DNA of 64,000 nt. Source: Clostridium cadaveris. GTDB lineage: Bacteria > Bacillota > Clostridia > Clostridiales > Clostridiaceae. This document shows, piece by piece, positions 20,820 through 30,955 of the stretch. The position numbers were made by a program, and so were the translations under genes. The DNA lies in NCBI RefSeq assembly GCF_039521325.1, contig NZ_BAAACD010000016.1; one strand, written 5' to 3'. The notes under the pieces are model-generated. The model worked only from the letters and a program-made list of their open reading frames with translations. It was not told the origin of the DNA and made no database searches. Each line of letters starts with the position of its first letter. The stretch's first letter is position 1.

Positions 20820-21701
20820 TTAAATATTAGAAAACATTTTACTGTCTTCTATGAAGTTTTTAAGATAATCTGATACAAATTTATTTTTATGATAAATTAC
20901 ACATATATCCCTATATATGTCTACATCTTCAATCTCTACAACATGCAATTTACCATTCTTTATTTCTTCATCTATTATTAAAGTGGATAAAACTCCTAGT
21001 CCTTGTCCTTCAATTACAGCATGCTTTATAGAATCAGTATTAGTGCTGATCCATTTCTCATTTAATTCTACATTTTCTCCATGGATTACATTATCAAAAA
21101 TTTCTCTGCTTCCACTTCCAACTTCTCTCATAATCATGTCTTCGCCATTTAAATCTTTTAACTTTATTCTGCTTTTCTTGTAGAATTTATGATCTCGTCC
21201 TGTTATAAGAGACATCTTATCCCTATATATAGGAATTTTTATTATGTCTTTATTAGTTATGACACCTTCCACAATTCCCACATCCAATTGGCTAGTCAAT
21301 ATCATATGTTCTATTTCATTTGTATTGTTTATTGTAATCTTGGTTAATATATTATTCTTATTCTTCTCAAATTTTTTTATTATAGGATTAAGGAGACAAG
21401 TTCCTACGGTTATAGTAGCCCCTACTCTAAGACATATGTTTTGTCCTGTATTTTTTAATTCCCTTTCCATCTCATCAAATGATTCTACTATGTGTCTTGC
21501 ATATTTAAGTAGCATCTCTCCACTCTTTGTTATGTATAATTTCTTGGAAAGCCTTTCAAAAAGTCTAATTCCATAATACTCTTCTATCTCCCTAATAGCC
21601 TGACTTACTGATGGTTGAGATATAAATAATTCTTCTGCCGCAGTGCTCATTTTACCGCAGTCAGCAACTGTTATGAAAATTTTTAAGTGCCTTATGTTCA
21701 T
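20820..21701 (-). CDS. LysR family transcriptional regulator
   Basis: HTH MSTAAEELFISQPSVSQAIREIEEYYGIRLFER. Its start overlaps the mscL stop (ATGA). Confidence 0.85.
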   Translation of the reverse strand: MNIRHLKIFITVADCGKMSTAAEELFISQPSVSQAIREIEEYYGIRLFERLSKKLYITKSGEMLLKYARHIVESFDEMERELKNTGQNICLRVGATITVGTCLLNPIIKKFEKNKNNILTKITINNTNEIEHMILTSQLDVGIVEGVITNKDIIKIPIYRDKMSLITGRDHKFYKKSRIKLKDLNGEDMIMREVGSGSREIFDNVIHGENVELNEKWISTNTDSIKHAVIEGQGLGVLSTLIIDEEIKNGKLHVVEIEDVDIYRDICVIYHKNKFVSDYLKNFIEDSKMFSNI

Positions 21702-22114
21702 ATTGATTCCTTCTTTAATAAATCTCTTATTTCTGTAAGTAATTCTATATCTGCAGGTGTTTTCTCTTCTACTACTTCTCTTACTTCCTCTTTTCTCTTT
21801 TTCTCAAATCGTGTTATAACTTTAATGAACACAAATATTGAAAGAGATATTATAAGGAAATCAACTATATTTTGAATAAACATTCCTAAGTTTAAGGTTA
21901 CAGCAGCGCTACTTTCTGTAGCTTCCACAAGGACAACTGTAAATTCTTTAAAATTTACACCTCCAGTTAGTAAACCTACAACTGGCATTATAATATCATT
22001 CACCAGTGATGATACTATTTTATTAAAGGCACCTCCAATAACTACACCAACTGCTAAATCTAAGACATTACCTTTTAAAGCAAAAGCTTTAAAATCTTCT
22101 ATAAATTTTTTCAT
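21698..22114 (-). CDS. mscL: Large-conductance mechanosensitive channel
   Basis: MKKFIEDFKAFALKGNVLDLAVGVVIGGAFNKIVSSLVNDIIMPVVGLL is the canonical MscL N-terminus. 138 aa. Confidence 0.9.
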   Translation of the reverse strand: MKKFIEDFKAFALKGNVLDLAVGVVIGGAFNKIVSSLVNDIIMPVVGLLTGGVNFKEFTVVLVEATESSAAVTLNLGMFIQNIVDFLIISLSIFVFIKVITRFEKKRKEEVREVVEEKTPADIELLTEIRDLLKKESI

Positions 22115-22312
22115 TATTCTTTCCCTCCAAATTAAACTTCTTCTTATTATGATAACTAATTACCATAAATCAATCAACTTAAGAATAATAAATTCATTTA
22201 GTTCTTTATAGATTATTATTAACCACTTATATACATTTAAAATCAGTCAAAAATATATGTTTTAATTAATACTTTTTAGAGATGAGAAAAATATATACTC
22301 CTATATTCTTCT

Positions 22313-23110
22313 CTACTCAATAAACATTTGGATTTGACAGCTATATGAATCAACATTAAATAAATCATTAAATAGTTCCATTTCAATAAACCATTTAACC
22401 TTCAAATTATTATCTTTTGCATATTTAATTAATTTCTCTATACGCTTGCTTTCATTTTCTTTTGTATAGCTTAAAGTTATATATCTTCCCTTAGGCAAAA
22501 TTTTAATATGTTCATCTATCTTAACATTATTAGAAAATTTTATTCCATCAAATACGTATACAGGTTTTGCAGTTCCAGAAGAATTAAATTTGTAAATTAT
22601 ACCTCTATCCATAGAGCTTTCCACTTTCTTATGACGAATCATTTTTTCTAAATTTGAATAATAAATAAGTTCTTTAAGGTCTCCTACCTCTTTGCAAGGT
22701 GTTACAATGATGTATCTATCTTCAAAAAACCTTTCAACTATATCATCATTTTCAGCTATATATTTAGAGTCTTGTATGCTAAAACTTAACTCATCTATGT
22801 TGTTTATTATATCCTTCATTCTATTTATATTTTCCTCAGCTTCTTTCTTTTTATCTTGAAGAAAATCTAAAAGTTTATCAGTATTTTTCTCCTTGAATAT
22901 TTCTTGAAGTTCAGAAATACTTGTGCCCAAAGTCCTGCATCCTTTTATTATATCTATATGAACAAATTGATCTATTGAATAGTATCTATATCCTGTATTC
23001 TCATCAATATATGCAGGTATAAGAATGCCTACTTTCTGATAATATCTTAATGCTTTTATAGTTACCTCTTTAATCTTCGACACTTCTCCAATAGAATATA
23101 ATTTTTTCAT
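22313..23110 (-). CDS. MerR family transcriptional regulator with a GyrI-like effector domain (BmrR-like)
   Basis: MerR HTH MKKLYSIGEVSKIKEVTIKALRYYQKVGIL. Start moved to the internal ATG that has an AAGGAAGTGAG RBS. Confidence 0.8.
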   Translation of the reverse strand: MKKLYSIGEVSKIKEVTIKALRYYQKVGILIPAYIDENTGYRYYSIDQFVHIDIIKGCRTLGTSISELQEIFKEKNTDKLLDFLQDKKKEAEENINRMKDIINNIDELSFSIQDSKYIAENDDIVERFFEDRYIIVTPCKEVGDLKELIYYSNLEKMIRHKKVESSMDRGIIYKFNSSGTAKPVYVFDGIKFSNNVKIDEHIKILPKGRYITLSYTKENESKRIEKLIKYAKDNNLKVKWFIEMELFNDLFNVDSYSCQIQMFIE

Positions 23111-23229
23111 TTTACTCACTTCCTTTAAATTTTTAAATTCAGTTGACTCTCCTCTTAGGGTATATTTTACTATCATTATAAAATAATTATTAAAAGTAGA
23201 AAAGTTATTTATGGGAAGGTGTTTTAAAG

Positions 23230-23859
23230 ATGAGTAATGTTATATATAGAGATTTAAGAAAAGAAGATTATAATGCCATAAAATTTCTCATAGGAGATGC
23301 TTTTGGCTTCAATGAATTTATATCAGATAAAAAATTTTTAAATGATATACTCAATATTTACCTTCAGGACTGCATACTAGCCAGTTCTTTTGGAAAAGTT
23401 GCTGAAAAAGATAATAAGGTTATAGGAATAATCCTTGGTAAAGCTAAAGATGATAATACTAATTTGAGAAAATTTCATAACTTAACAAACATTGCTTCTA
23501 CAATATTTAAACTTCTTATATCTAAAAAGGAAAATAAAAAGGTTCTTAAAGAATTTTCAAAAATCCATAATACCTATGATGAACTCATTAAAGGAAAAAA
23601 GTGTGACTTTCAAGGATGCATACAATTATTTATTGTATCTAAAGAATCAAGAGGGCTTGGAATGGGAAAATCTTTAGTATCACAGCTTTTTAATTATATG
23701 AATAAGATGGATGTAAAATCTTTATATCTTTATACAGATACAAAATGTAACTATGGATTTTATGACAGCCAAAATTTTAAGCGCTTAAATGAAAAGAAAG
23801 TGTCTTTTGATGCATTTAATTATGACTTAGATATTTTCTTATACGGTTATAAACTCTAA
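23230..23859 (+). CDS. GNAT family N-acetyltransferase
   Basis: Acetyl-CoA binding motif QLFIVSKESRGLGMGKSLV. Confidence 0.75.
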   Translation: MSNVIYRDLRKEDYNAIKFLIGDAFGFNEFISDKKFLNDILNIYLQDCILASSFGKVAEKDNKVIGIILGKAKDDNTNLRKFHNLTNIASTIFKLLISKKENKKVLKEFSKIHNTYDELIKGKKCDFQGCIQLFIVSKESRGLGMGKSLVSQLFNYMNKMDVKSLYLYTDTKCNYGFYDSQNFKRLNEKKVSFDAFNYDLDIFLYGYKL

Positions 23860-23911
23860 TAAAAAAGACAGAAGAAAGTCAATCTCTTCTGTCTTTTATT
23901 CTTATTATATT

Positions 23912-25099
23912 TTAAGCATTCTTTCCGCAGCATTTTTTATATTTCTTTCCACTTCCACAAGGACAAGGTTCATTTCTTCCTACTTTAACTTCTTTATCAC
24001 TTCTTACATAAGTATTATTCTCAGCTAAAGTATATCCTCCTAAACTCCATACAGGTATTCTCTTACATACCTCATTCATAACTATTGTAAATTCACCTTG
24101 TATGTATTGTGGCACAGGAAATTTCTCTATCATATCTTTGATAAGATCATTCTGACCTAAACGTTGATAAGATTGGTAAGTAGATATGAGCATCTCATCA
24201 AAATTATCCTCAGTTATAGTGTAGAATTCTTTTATAAACTTTTCAAGTTCCTTATAGTTTTTTCTATCTCCTATATACTCTTTTCCACAAGCCTTAAGTA
24301 TTTCATGCTTAGTCAGTTTCTTATAGTCTGTAAGCTTTTCTGAATTATTGACATTAGCTTCAAGCTGCTCTTCATTGTCCATTAATGAGTTTATTCCAAG
24401 TCCATCAATATAAATATATTCTTCTGTAGATATCTCTTCCATAACAAGAAGCATATCTAATTCATCTAAACTTAATTCGATCTCTACATCCTGTGGAAGC
24501 CTATCCATAAAATCTTCTATTGTTAATACTCCGTAATAATAAAGCATTCCTTTAAAAAGCTTTATTATCTCTGAGTTATAGACTAATTTGCTCTTATCTA
24601 TTTCAGAAAGAATCTCTTTTATTTGAGATGGTATGCAAGCATAAAGTTCATTATCCTTTAAAGCTGTATAAATAATACCTAGCTGTTCCATAAATACAAC
24701 TGTATCCATCTTTTCATCTAGTTCTTCCATAAGAAGTATGCCATTATTTTTGCACAAAATCTCCATTACATCATAACATTCTAAATTCATGCATTTTGAT
24801 AAATTTATGATAGAGTTCTTGTAGTTTTCATTAATATTATTTATTAAAACTTCCTTCTTATCACTAGATTTGTAGGAAATATTTAAATTATCCATTATAA
24901 TTTTTAGAGTATCTTTAGTTTCAGTAGTTAAAAGCTCTAGCAAATTGTTTGAACATGCTCTTTTTGATACTCTCTTCAATTTCTTTCCCATATTCTTATT
25001 AACAAGCTCCTCTAATTCCTCTTCAAAGCTCTCTTTAATTTCCTCTACTCCATTTAAAATTTCTACATTTTCATTAGAAATATTATTCTTTTCTTTCAT
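23912..25099 (-). CDS. SEC-C motif-containing protein
   Basis: C-terminus [23 protein letters not shown] is a SecA-type metal-binding SEC-C motif. The rest is acidic with no recognised domain. Confidence 0.6.
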   Translation of the reverse strand: MKEKNNISNENVEILNGVEEIKESFEEELEELVNKNMGKKLKRVSKRACSNNLLELLTTETKDTLKIIMDNLNISYKSSDKKEVLINNINENYKNSIINLSKCMNLECYDVMEILCKNNGILLMEELDEKMDTVVFMEQLGIIYTALKDNELYACIPSQIKEILSEIDKSKLVYNSEIIKLFKGMLYYYGVLTIEDFMDRLPQDVEIELSLDELDMLLVMEEISTEEYIYIDGLGINSLMDNEEQLEANVNNSEKLTDYKKLTKHEILKACGKEYIGDRKNYKELEKFIKEFYTITEDNFDEMLISTYQSYQRLGQNDLIKDMIEKFPVPQYIQGEFTIVMNEVCKRIPVWSLGGYTLAENNTYVRSDKEVKVGRNEPCPCGSGKKYKKCCGKNA

Positions 25100-25254
25100 C
25101 TCACACCTCTAAACTTTTATTGACCTATCTTTAATTATATTATATATGTCAAGGTTAAGTTTTGCTTTTATATGATATACGCTTAAAAGAAATAGCCTCC
25201 AGTTTAAAACTAGAAGCTATTTTAAAAATTTATATATCCTTAATTTTTATCTTA

Positions 25255-26586
25255 TTAAAGTGCCTTTAAAGCTACAGTATTTAATAAACTCCATGGCTTA
25301 TTGAAATGTGGTTGGAAGAAGAAATCTGTCATTGCAAGTTCTTCAACAGTCATATTATTTTGTATAACTACCGATAGTGTATTCATATATTGAGTTAAAT
25401 CTATCTTGGAGATTATCTGTCCTCCTATAACTCTTCTTGTATCAGCGTCAAATACAAGCTTCACTGTTGCTGGCTCAAATGTTGGCATGAATTCAGGTCT
25501 GTAGTTGTCTATAACAGCTACACTCTTAACATTCATTGATGTTGTAGCTTTTGCTACTTCTTCTGTCAAACCAGTTGATGCTATATTTTGATCATAAATC
25601 TTAATGCCTGAAGTTCCCTGTGTACCCATATACTTAAGTGTTGGTTTTTCAATGTTTTTAGCAACTAACGTTCCCATTCTTACTGCGTTTGTTGCTAAAG
25701 GAATGTATCTCTTGTCTCCTGCTGGATTATATCTTACAACACAACAGTCACCAGCTGCAAATACGTCTTCTCTGCTTGTTCTCATATATTCATCTATGAT
25801 TATTGCTCCATTTGGAAGAGTATCTAACTTTTCCTTTACTATCTTAGTATTTGGTGCAAAGCCTATACATAATACAACTAAGTCTCCCTTATAAGTTCCA
25901 TGCTCAGTTACAACTTCTGTTACATTTCCATTTTCGCCATTAAACTTTTGGACTTTTTCACCTAGAACAAGCTTTACTCCTCTATCTGAAAATTCCTTTT
26001 CAGCTATATCTGTAAATTCTTTATCTAAGTACTTAGCCATTATTCTATTTTCAGCATCAATTAGTGTTACGTTCTTTCCTTGCATTTCGAAAGCTTCTAC
26101 TAATTCAACGCCTATATATCCAGCACCTATAACTATTACATTTTTTGCATTTTTTGATTTTTCTATTATTGTAATAGCATGGTCATAATTTTTGCATAAT
26201 TCTATATTGTTAAGCTCTCCACCTTCAAATCTTGGAACTATTGGCCATGATCCTAAAGTAAGAACTAACTTATCATAATTGTCTTCAAATATTTGCTCGG
26301 TTAAAAGATTTTTAACTTTAACTACTTTCTTATCAAAATCTATGTCTAGTACTTCATGCTTCATATTTGTAACTACACCAAGATTTGCTAAATTTTCTGG
26401 TGAGTTATAAAATAAGCTCTTTGTATCTTCTATAACTTTTCCAACATTTAATGCTATTCCACATGATAAAAATGAAATATTATCATTTTTTTCGTATATT
26501 GTTATCTGGCTATCTGGATGAAGCTCCTTTAAGTTTACTACTGCTGCAGTACCTGCATGTGTGCATCCAACAACTATTATCTTCAT
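25255..26586 (-). CDS. FAD-dependent pyridine nucleotide-disulfide oxidoreductase (NADH oxidase / CoA-disulfide reductase family)
   Basis: N-terminal FAD fold MKIIVVGCTHAGTAAV. Redox-active Cys in SFLSCGIA. Second Rossmann motif VIVIGAGYIGVELVEA. Confidence 0.8.
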   Translation of the reverse strand: MKIIVVGCTHAGTAAVVNLKELHPDSQITIYEKNDNISFLSCGIALNVGKVIEDTKSLFYNSPENLANLGVVTNMKHEVLDIDFDKKVVKVKNLLTEQIFEDNYDKLVLTLGSWPIVPRFEGGELNNIELCKNYDHAITIIEKSKNAKNVIVIGAGYIGVELVEAFEMQGKNVTLIDAENRIMAKYLDKEFTDIAEKEFSDRGVKLVLGEKVQKFNGENGNVTEVVTEHGTYKGDLVVLCIGFAPNTKIVKEKLDTLPNGAIIIDEYMRTSREDVFAAGDCCVVRYNPAGDKRYIPLATNAVRMGTLVAKNIEKPTLKYMGTQGTSGIKIYDQNIASTGLTEEVAKATTSMNVKSVAVIDNYRPEFMPTFEPATVKLVFDADTRRVIGGQIISKIDLTQYMNTLSVVIQNNMTVEELAMTDFFFQPHFNKPWSLLNTVALKAL

Positions 26587-27036
26587 AAATATACGCCCCT
26601 TTTCATAAATATTTTTACATAATAAGAATAACTATCTGATATCAATTATCCATATGTTAATTATATCACAAACTCAAAAAAAGTATATAGGAAAGTTGAA
26701 ATATATTTAAAAATTATTAGTTAACAATTTTTATTATTTGTCTTATACCATGATTTATCTACACTTTCTTAATTATAAAAAAGTACATAATGTTATAGCT
26801 TTCTATAGAATAGTATTGTTTATTATCCTTTAAAATATTACATATATAAACTTAATTTAAAAAATTCATGCATATAAATATAATTAATATAAATCTACAT
26901 AAAATTTCAAAATAACAGCATAGCATTTAAATGAGGATTTTTTATTATAACTAAACCATATACTTTTCTCTATTACCTATAATTTTCAAAAAAATAATTG
27001 ATGTACTAAAAATATTCAGCACATCAATTTCTTCAG

Positions 27037-27375
27037 TTAACAATCTAGTCTGCATAAGGGTCTTATATAAATCAAAATATTCTCAATATTTTTTCTACAA
27101 CATTCATCTTGTATCATAATTTGAAAAAAATCATATCCCCAAGTACATTTATTCGGTATATAGACTAATACCCCATCTGGTACCCACTTAGCCGTACCCT
27201 TTTTAGGATAAATATTTATCTTTATTCTGTTCTCTATGCAACATTTATCATTAATCCTTAAACATAAAAATAATGGTCTATTTTGGCATATATAATATGG
27301 TTCAATTCTTTTTATACTTATATCTATACTATTACAAGGAATAGTTATACATCTATGGCTCAAATTTTTCTCCAT
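27037..27375 (-). CDS. Cys-rich hypothetical protein (112 aa); possibly spurious
   Basis: ORF inside a roughly 1-kb AT-rich intergenic region. 12 Cys residues, weak RBS. Confidence 0.2.
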   Translation of the reverse strand: MEKNLSHRCITIPCNSIDISIKRIEPYYICQNRPLFLCLRINDKCCIENRIKINIYPKKGTAKWVPDGVLVYIPNKCTWGYDFFQIMIQDECCRKNIENILIYIRPLCRLDC

Positions 27376-27623
27376 ATTAACAACTCTTCTTTCATTTTAA
27401 ATTATATAACTCTTTTGTAAATATTATATTCAAAATGAATATCCGTGTGTCCTTAATTACGACTAATTTTTGTTCCTAATCGACTTTATGTATTTCTACA
27501 TAATTATATATCTAAAATTTATTAATTCTAATCAATCTATAATATTCTATCTTATAAATCATTTTGTAACTCTTTATACCTTTATAAAATATAATATAAT
27601 ATGAAAACTAAGGAGGAAAAATA

Positions 27624-28631
27624 ATGACAACTTTACAATATTCAAGTTCAAATAGTTCAGGTGCATTTGCTAATACAATTGGTTGGATAGATTTCACTGG
27701 TATTACTATACCAGCTAACGGCTCTGTTGCAGTAACAAATTCAACTCCTGATAATAATTATAATATAAATTTTACTTTAACTAATAATAATTCATCTACT
27801 ATAACTCCAAGTCCTACCCCAGTAGAAGCAACTGCTCCATTTGGTAATACTGCCTATCTAAATGTTGGTGGACAAGTTGCTTTAACTGTAACTAACTCAA
27901 ATTCTATGAATATTACATTAACTGGAATTACCGTTACAGATAAAAATGGAATTAAAATAGATAACTATTGTTTAATTGCTGCCGATGCTGAAAAAACCTT
28001 AGCTTCAAATAAAGGTGTAGAAAAATTATCCTTCATTACTACTAAGGGGAATTGGTCTTTAATTGATATGCTTTCGCCAATTTCACCTACGCTTGAACTT
28101 GGTCCTAATATATCTTATACAGGCAATGATACGGTTAATATTACTGGAGTAATCCCTACCAGCAGCACTTCACCATCAGATCCTATCTTCTCCACTATAT
28201 CTCCTACTAGTATTACTGCTACATCAACATCTACAATTGAAGGAAAACAAGCAGTTGCTTTTGGCATCATGTTTAATCAAAATGTTTCTTGTTACTTGGA
28301 TGTAGAAGTTTCCCCAAATAATAAAATTATTTATGTATGTCCCGGTAAAAAACAGTTTTTTCCAATAAAATCCAACAAATGTTGTGGTACAGTTACTCTT
28401 TCTTATGTAGGCGAAAATTTTAATTCCGATGGAAATTATATAAGTGGAAATTTAGGAAAATATACCTTATTAAATTCAGGTATTCTTTTAAGTGCTTCAT
28501 GTCACTTAAATCCAGGGGACTACGACATATTGTCATTTAAGGTGAACGATAGCAGTTGTAACACTCCGTTTACTTTAAATGCTGTCTTCACTTATGCATT
28601 ATGTGAGTGTTGCAAAAATAAAATTAACTAA
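27624..28631 (+). CDS. Hypothetical Ser/Thr/Asn-rich, C-terminally Cys-rich protein (paralog 1)
   Basis: Strong RBS AAGGAGGAAAAATA-ATG and a terminator hairpin downstream. 335 aa, no signal peptide. Shares conserved blocks with the downstream paralog. Confidence 0.7.
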   Translation: MTTLQYSSSNSSGAFANTIGWIDFTGITIPANGSVAVTNSTPDNNYNINFTLTNNNSSTITPSPTPVEATAPFGNTAYLNVGGQVALTVTNSNSMNITLTGITVTDKNGIKIDNYCLIAADAEKTLASNKGVEKLSFITTKGNWSLIDMLSPISPTLELGPNISYTGNDTVNITGVIPTSSTSPSDPIFSTISPTSITATSTSTIEGKQAVAFGIMFNQNVSCYLDVEVSPNNKIIYVCPGKKQFFPIKSNKCCGTVTLSYVGENFNSDGNYISGNLGKYTLLNSGILLSASCHLNPGDYDILSFKVNDSSCNTPFTLNAVFTYALCECCKNKIN

Positions 28632-28656
28632 TTTTATTTTTTGTTTTTAAAATTTA

Positions 28657-28690
28657 ACAAGCTAAGTAAGAACTTAGCTTGTTTTTTATA
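28657..28690 (+). terminator. Rho-independent terminator
   Basis: aacaagctaagt/aaga/acttagcttgtt 12-bp perfect stem followed by TTTTTTA. Confidence 0.65.
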
Positions 28691-28730
28691 TTTATTAAAA
28701 TAATAAAATAAACTTTAGGAGGTAAATATA

Positions 28731-29747
28731 ATGATATCTGTTCAATATGCAAAAGAAAATAGTCCTGGAACTTTATCAAACACAATTGGATGGTTAAACT
28801 ATGATGAAATTACAGGAAATTTATTGCCTAACCAAACTGTATCTCTAACTAATTACCTTGATAATGGTTATAAACTTAATTTCGATTTGACTAATACTTC
28901 AAATGTTACTAATGTAACTCCTGTATCTATACCAGTAGATGACTTCGCTCCATTAGGTATTACTGGATATTTGGGTCTCTCTCCAAATAACAAAAGTGCC
29001 CTAGCAGTAATTCCAAAGGGTATAGCCCCAATAAGCTTAAGCAATATTTCTATAACAGACAAATCAGGTCTTCCTGTATCTAAATATACAATTATTGCCG
29101 CTGATGCAGAAAACACTTATGCTGGAATAAACAATACAACTCCAGAATACCTATACTTTAAAACTAATGGATCATGCTGGAAGTTACTAGATTCTCTAAA
29201 AGCAGTTTCTCCTATTTCAATTTATCCCATTATCAAGGGATTAGATACAAATTTCGTAAAAATAATAGGAATTCGTGTTCCTTCCTCAGCCATATTACCA
29301 GGAGCTTATATATTATCAACTCATTCTCCAACTGAAATTAATGCAACATTAGGTTCTACATTTAATGGCGGACGACAAGCAGTTGCATTTGGAATACTAA
29401 TCCCTCAAGCTATTCCATGTTGTACTGATGTCAAGGTATCTGACTCTAATAAAATCATCTATGTATCTAATGGTAAGGATCAATTCTTTCCCATAAAATC
29501 AAAGAAATCTCACGGATTAGTTACACTTTCCTATTTAGGTGAAAACTTTAATCCTGACAAAAATTATATAAGTGGAAACCTAGGTATATACACATTATTA
29601 AATTCAGGTATTCTTTTAAGTGCTTCATGCTCTATGAAACCTGGAACCTATGATATTTTATCATTTAAAGTATACGATAGTAGTTGTGATTATCCTTTTA
29701 CTTTAAATGTAGTATTTGCTTACGAACTATGTGCATATAATAAATAG
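28731..29747 (+). CDS. Hypothetical Ser/Thr/Asn-rich, C-terminally Cys-rich protein (paralog 2)
   Basis: RBS TAGGAGGTAAATATA-ATG. 338 aa. Blocks NTIGW, IIAADAE, QAVAFGI, KIIYV, QFFPIKS and LSY(V/L)GENFN.D.NYISGNLG.YTLLNSGILLSASC are shared with paralog 1. Confidence 0.7.
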   Translation: MISVQYAKENSPGTLSNTIGWLNYDEITGNLLPNQTVSLTNYLDNGYKLNFDLTNTSNVTNVTPVSIPVDDFAPLGITGYLGLSPNNKSALAVIPKGIAPISLSNISITDKSGLPVSKYTIIAADAENTYAGINNTTPEYLYFKTNGSCWKLLDSLKAVSPISIYPIIKGLDTNFVKIIGIRVPSSAILPGAYILSTHSPTEINATLGSTFNGGRQAVAFGILIPQAIPCCTDVKVSDSNKIIYVSNGKDQFFPIKSKKSHGLVTLSYLGENFNPDKNYISGNLGIYTLLNSGILLSASCSMKPGTYDILSFKVYDSSCDYPFTLNVVFAYELCAYNK

Positions 29748-29783
29748 TTAAATCAATGTCTTAGATAATTTTATTTTAGATTA

Positions 29784-29812
29784 ATGTATCATCAATAAAC
29801 TTGATGATACAT
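29784..29812. terminator. Hairpin between convergent genes
   Basis: Perfect 12-bp inverted repeat atgtatcatcaa/taaac/ttgatgatacat. Flanking U-tracts are weak. Confidence 0.4.
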
Positions 29813-29846
29813 TATAATTAATATAAAGCTTTAAATTCATTACACC

Positions 29847-30824
29847 TTATAGCAACTCTTTTCTTAATTCTTCACCCGTTTTTGGCGAAAGATATGCCAT
29901 TGGAATATCAAAAACTGTGCATGCTCCGGTTCTTCCTTCTTTATGCATTTTAGCTATAGCTCTAGCATAAGCAACTAATACACTTGATGTGAATTCTGGA
30001 TTGCTGTCTAAGGATAAAGAAAACTCCATTTTTTCTTTATTTCCGTCACCTGTAATTGCCGTTCTTATAACAAATCCTCCATGAGGCATTCCTGAGTGGT
30101 TCTTTTTTAGTTCTCCCTCACTTATAAAATTAACCTCTGTATCATAATCTGAAAAATAATTAGGCATTGTTTTAATTTCGTTCTCTATTCTTAATTTATC
30201 TGCACCTTCTTCTATCACTACATAGCATACTCTAAGATGTTTTTTCCTATCCTTAAGCTCTGGATTTTCTCCATTTCTAACTTTTTCTAATGCATTTTCT
30301 ATTGGTACGGTATATTGCTTTGCATCTTTAACTCCATCAATTCTTCTTATTGCATCTGAATGGCCTTGGCTTACTCCTGTTCCCCAAAAAGTATAATCCT
30401 TTCCTTGTGGAAGTATAGCTTGACCCATTAGTCTATTTAATGAAAACAAACCTGGATCCCAGCCTACTGAAATTATGCTTAATGTTCCCGCTTCTTTTGA
30501 AACCTTATCCATACTATCAAAATACTCAGGTATCTTTGCATGAGTATCAAAGCTGTCTACAGTATTAAACATCTTTGCAACGTTTGGTCCTTGCTGTGGA
30601 AGATCAGTGGCAGAGCCACCACAAAGTATCATAACATCAATTTTATTTTTATATTGATTAATTTTAGAGATATGTATAGCTTTGCTTCCATCTTCAAGAA
30701 AAACCTCTTCTCTTCTTGTAAATACAGCTTCTAACTGCATATCATTATGTTCTTTTATTGCTTTTAAGACCCCTCTACCTAAATTCCCGTATCCTACTAC
30801 TCCAATTTTAATTTTATTTTCCAT
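29847..30824 (-). CDS. ddh: meso-Diaminopimelate D-dehydrogenase
   Basis: Strong full-length similarity to Ddh: IKIGVVGYGNLGRGV, GGSATDLP, VGWDPGLFS, FWGTGVSQGHSDAIRRI, MPHGGFVIRT. Start set at the second ATG, which has a GGAGG RBS. Confidence 0.85.
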   Translation of the reverse strand: MENKIKIGVVGYGNLGRGVLKAIKEHNDMQLEAVFTRREEVFLEDGSKAIHISKINQYKNKIDVMILCGGSATDLPQQGPNVAKMFNTVDSFDTHAKIPEYFDSMDKVSKEAGTLSIISVGWDPGLFSLNRLMGQAILPQGKDYTFWGTGVSQGHSDAIRRIDGVKDAKQYTVPIENALEKVRNGENPELKDRKKHLRVCYVVIEEGADKLRIENEIKTMPNYFSDYDTEVNFISEGELKKNHSGMPHGGFVIRTAITGDGNKEKMEFSLSLDSNPEFTSSVLVAYARAIAKMHKEGRTGACTVFDIPMAYLSPKTGEELRKELL

Positions 30825-30955
30825 CTTCCGTGCCTCCATTTTCTTCTTGTTAATACTATATTATCATATTTATTTTAATATTTTTATTATTTAAAAATAA
30901 AAAAGTACTTCTCTAAAGTGAGTAGTACTTTTTTACATATTTGAATACAATAAGG

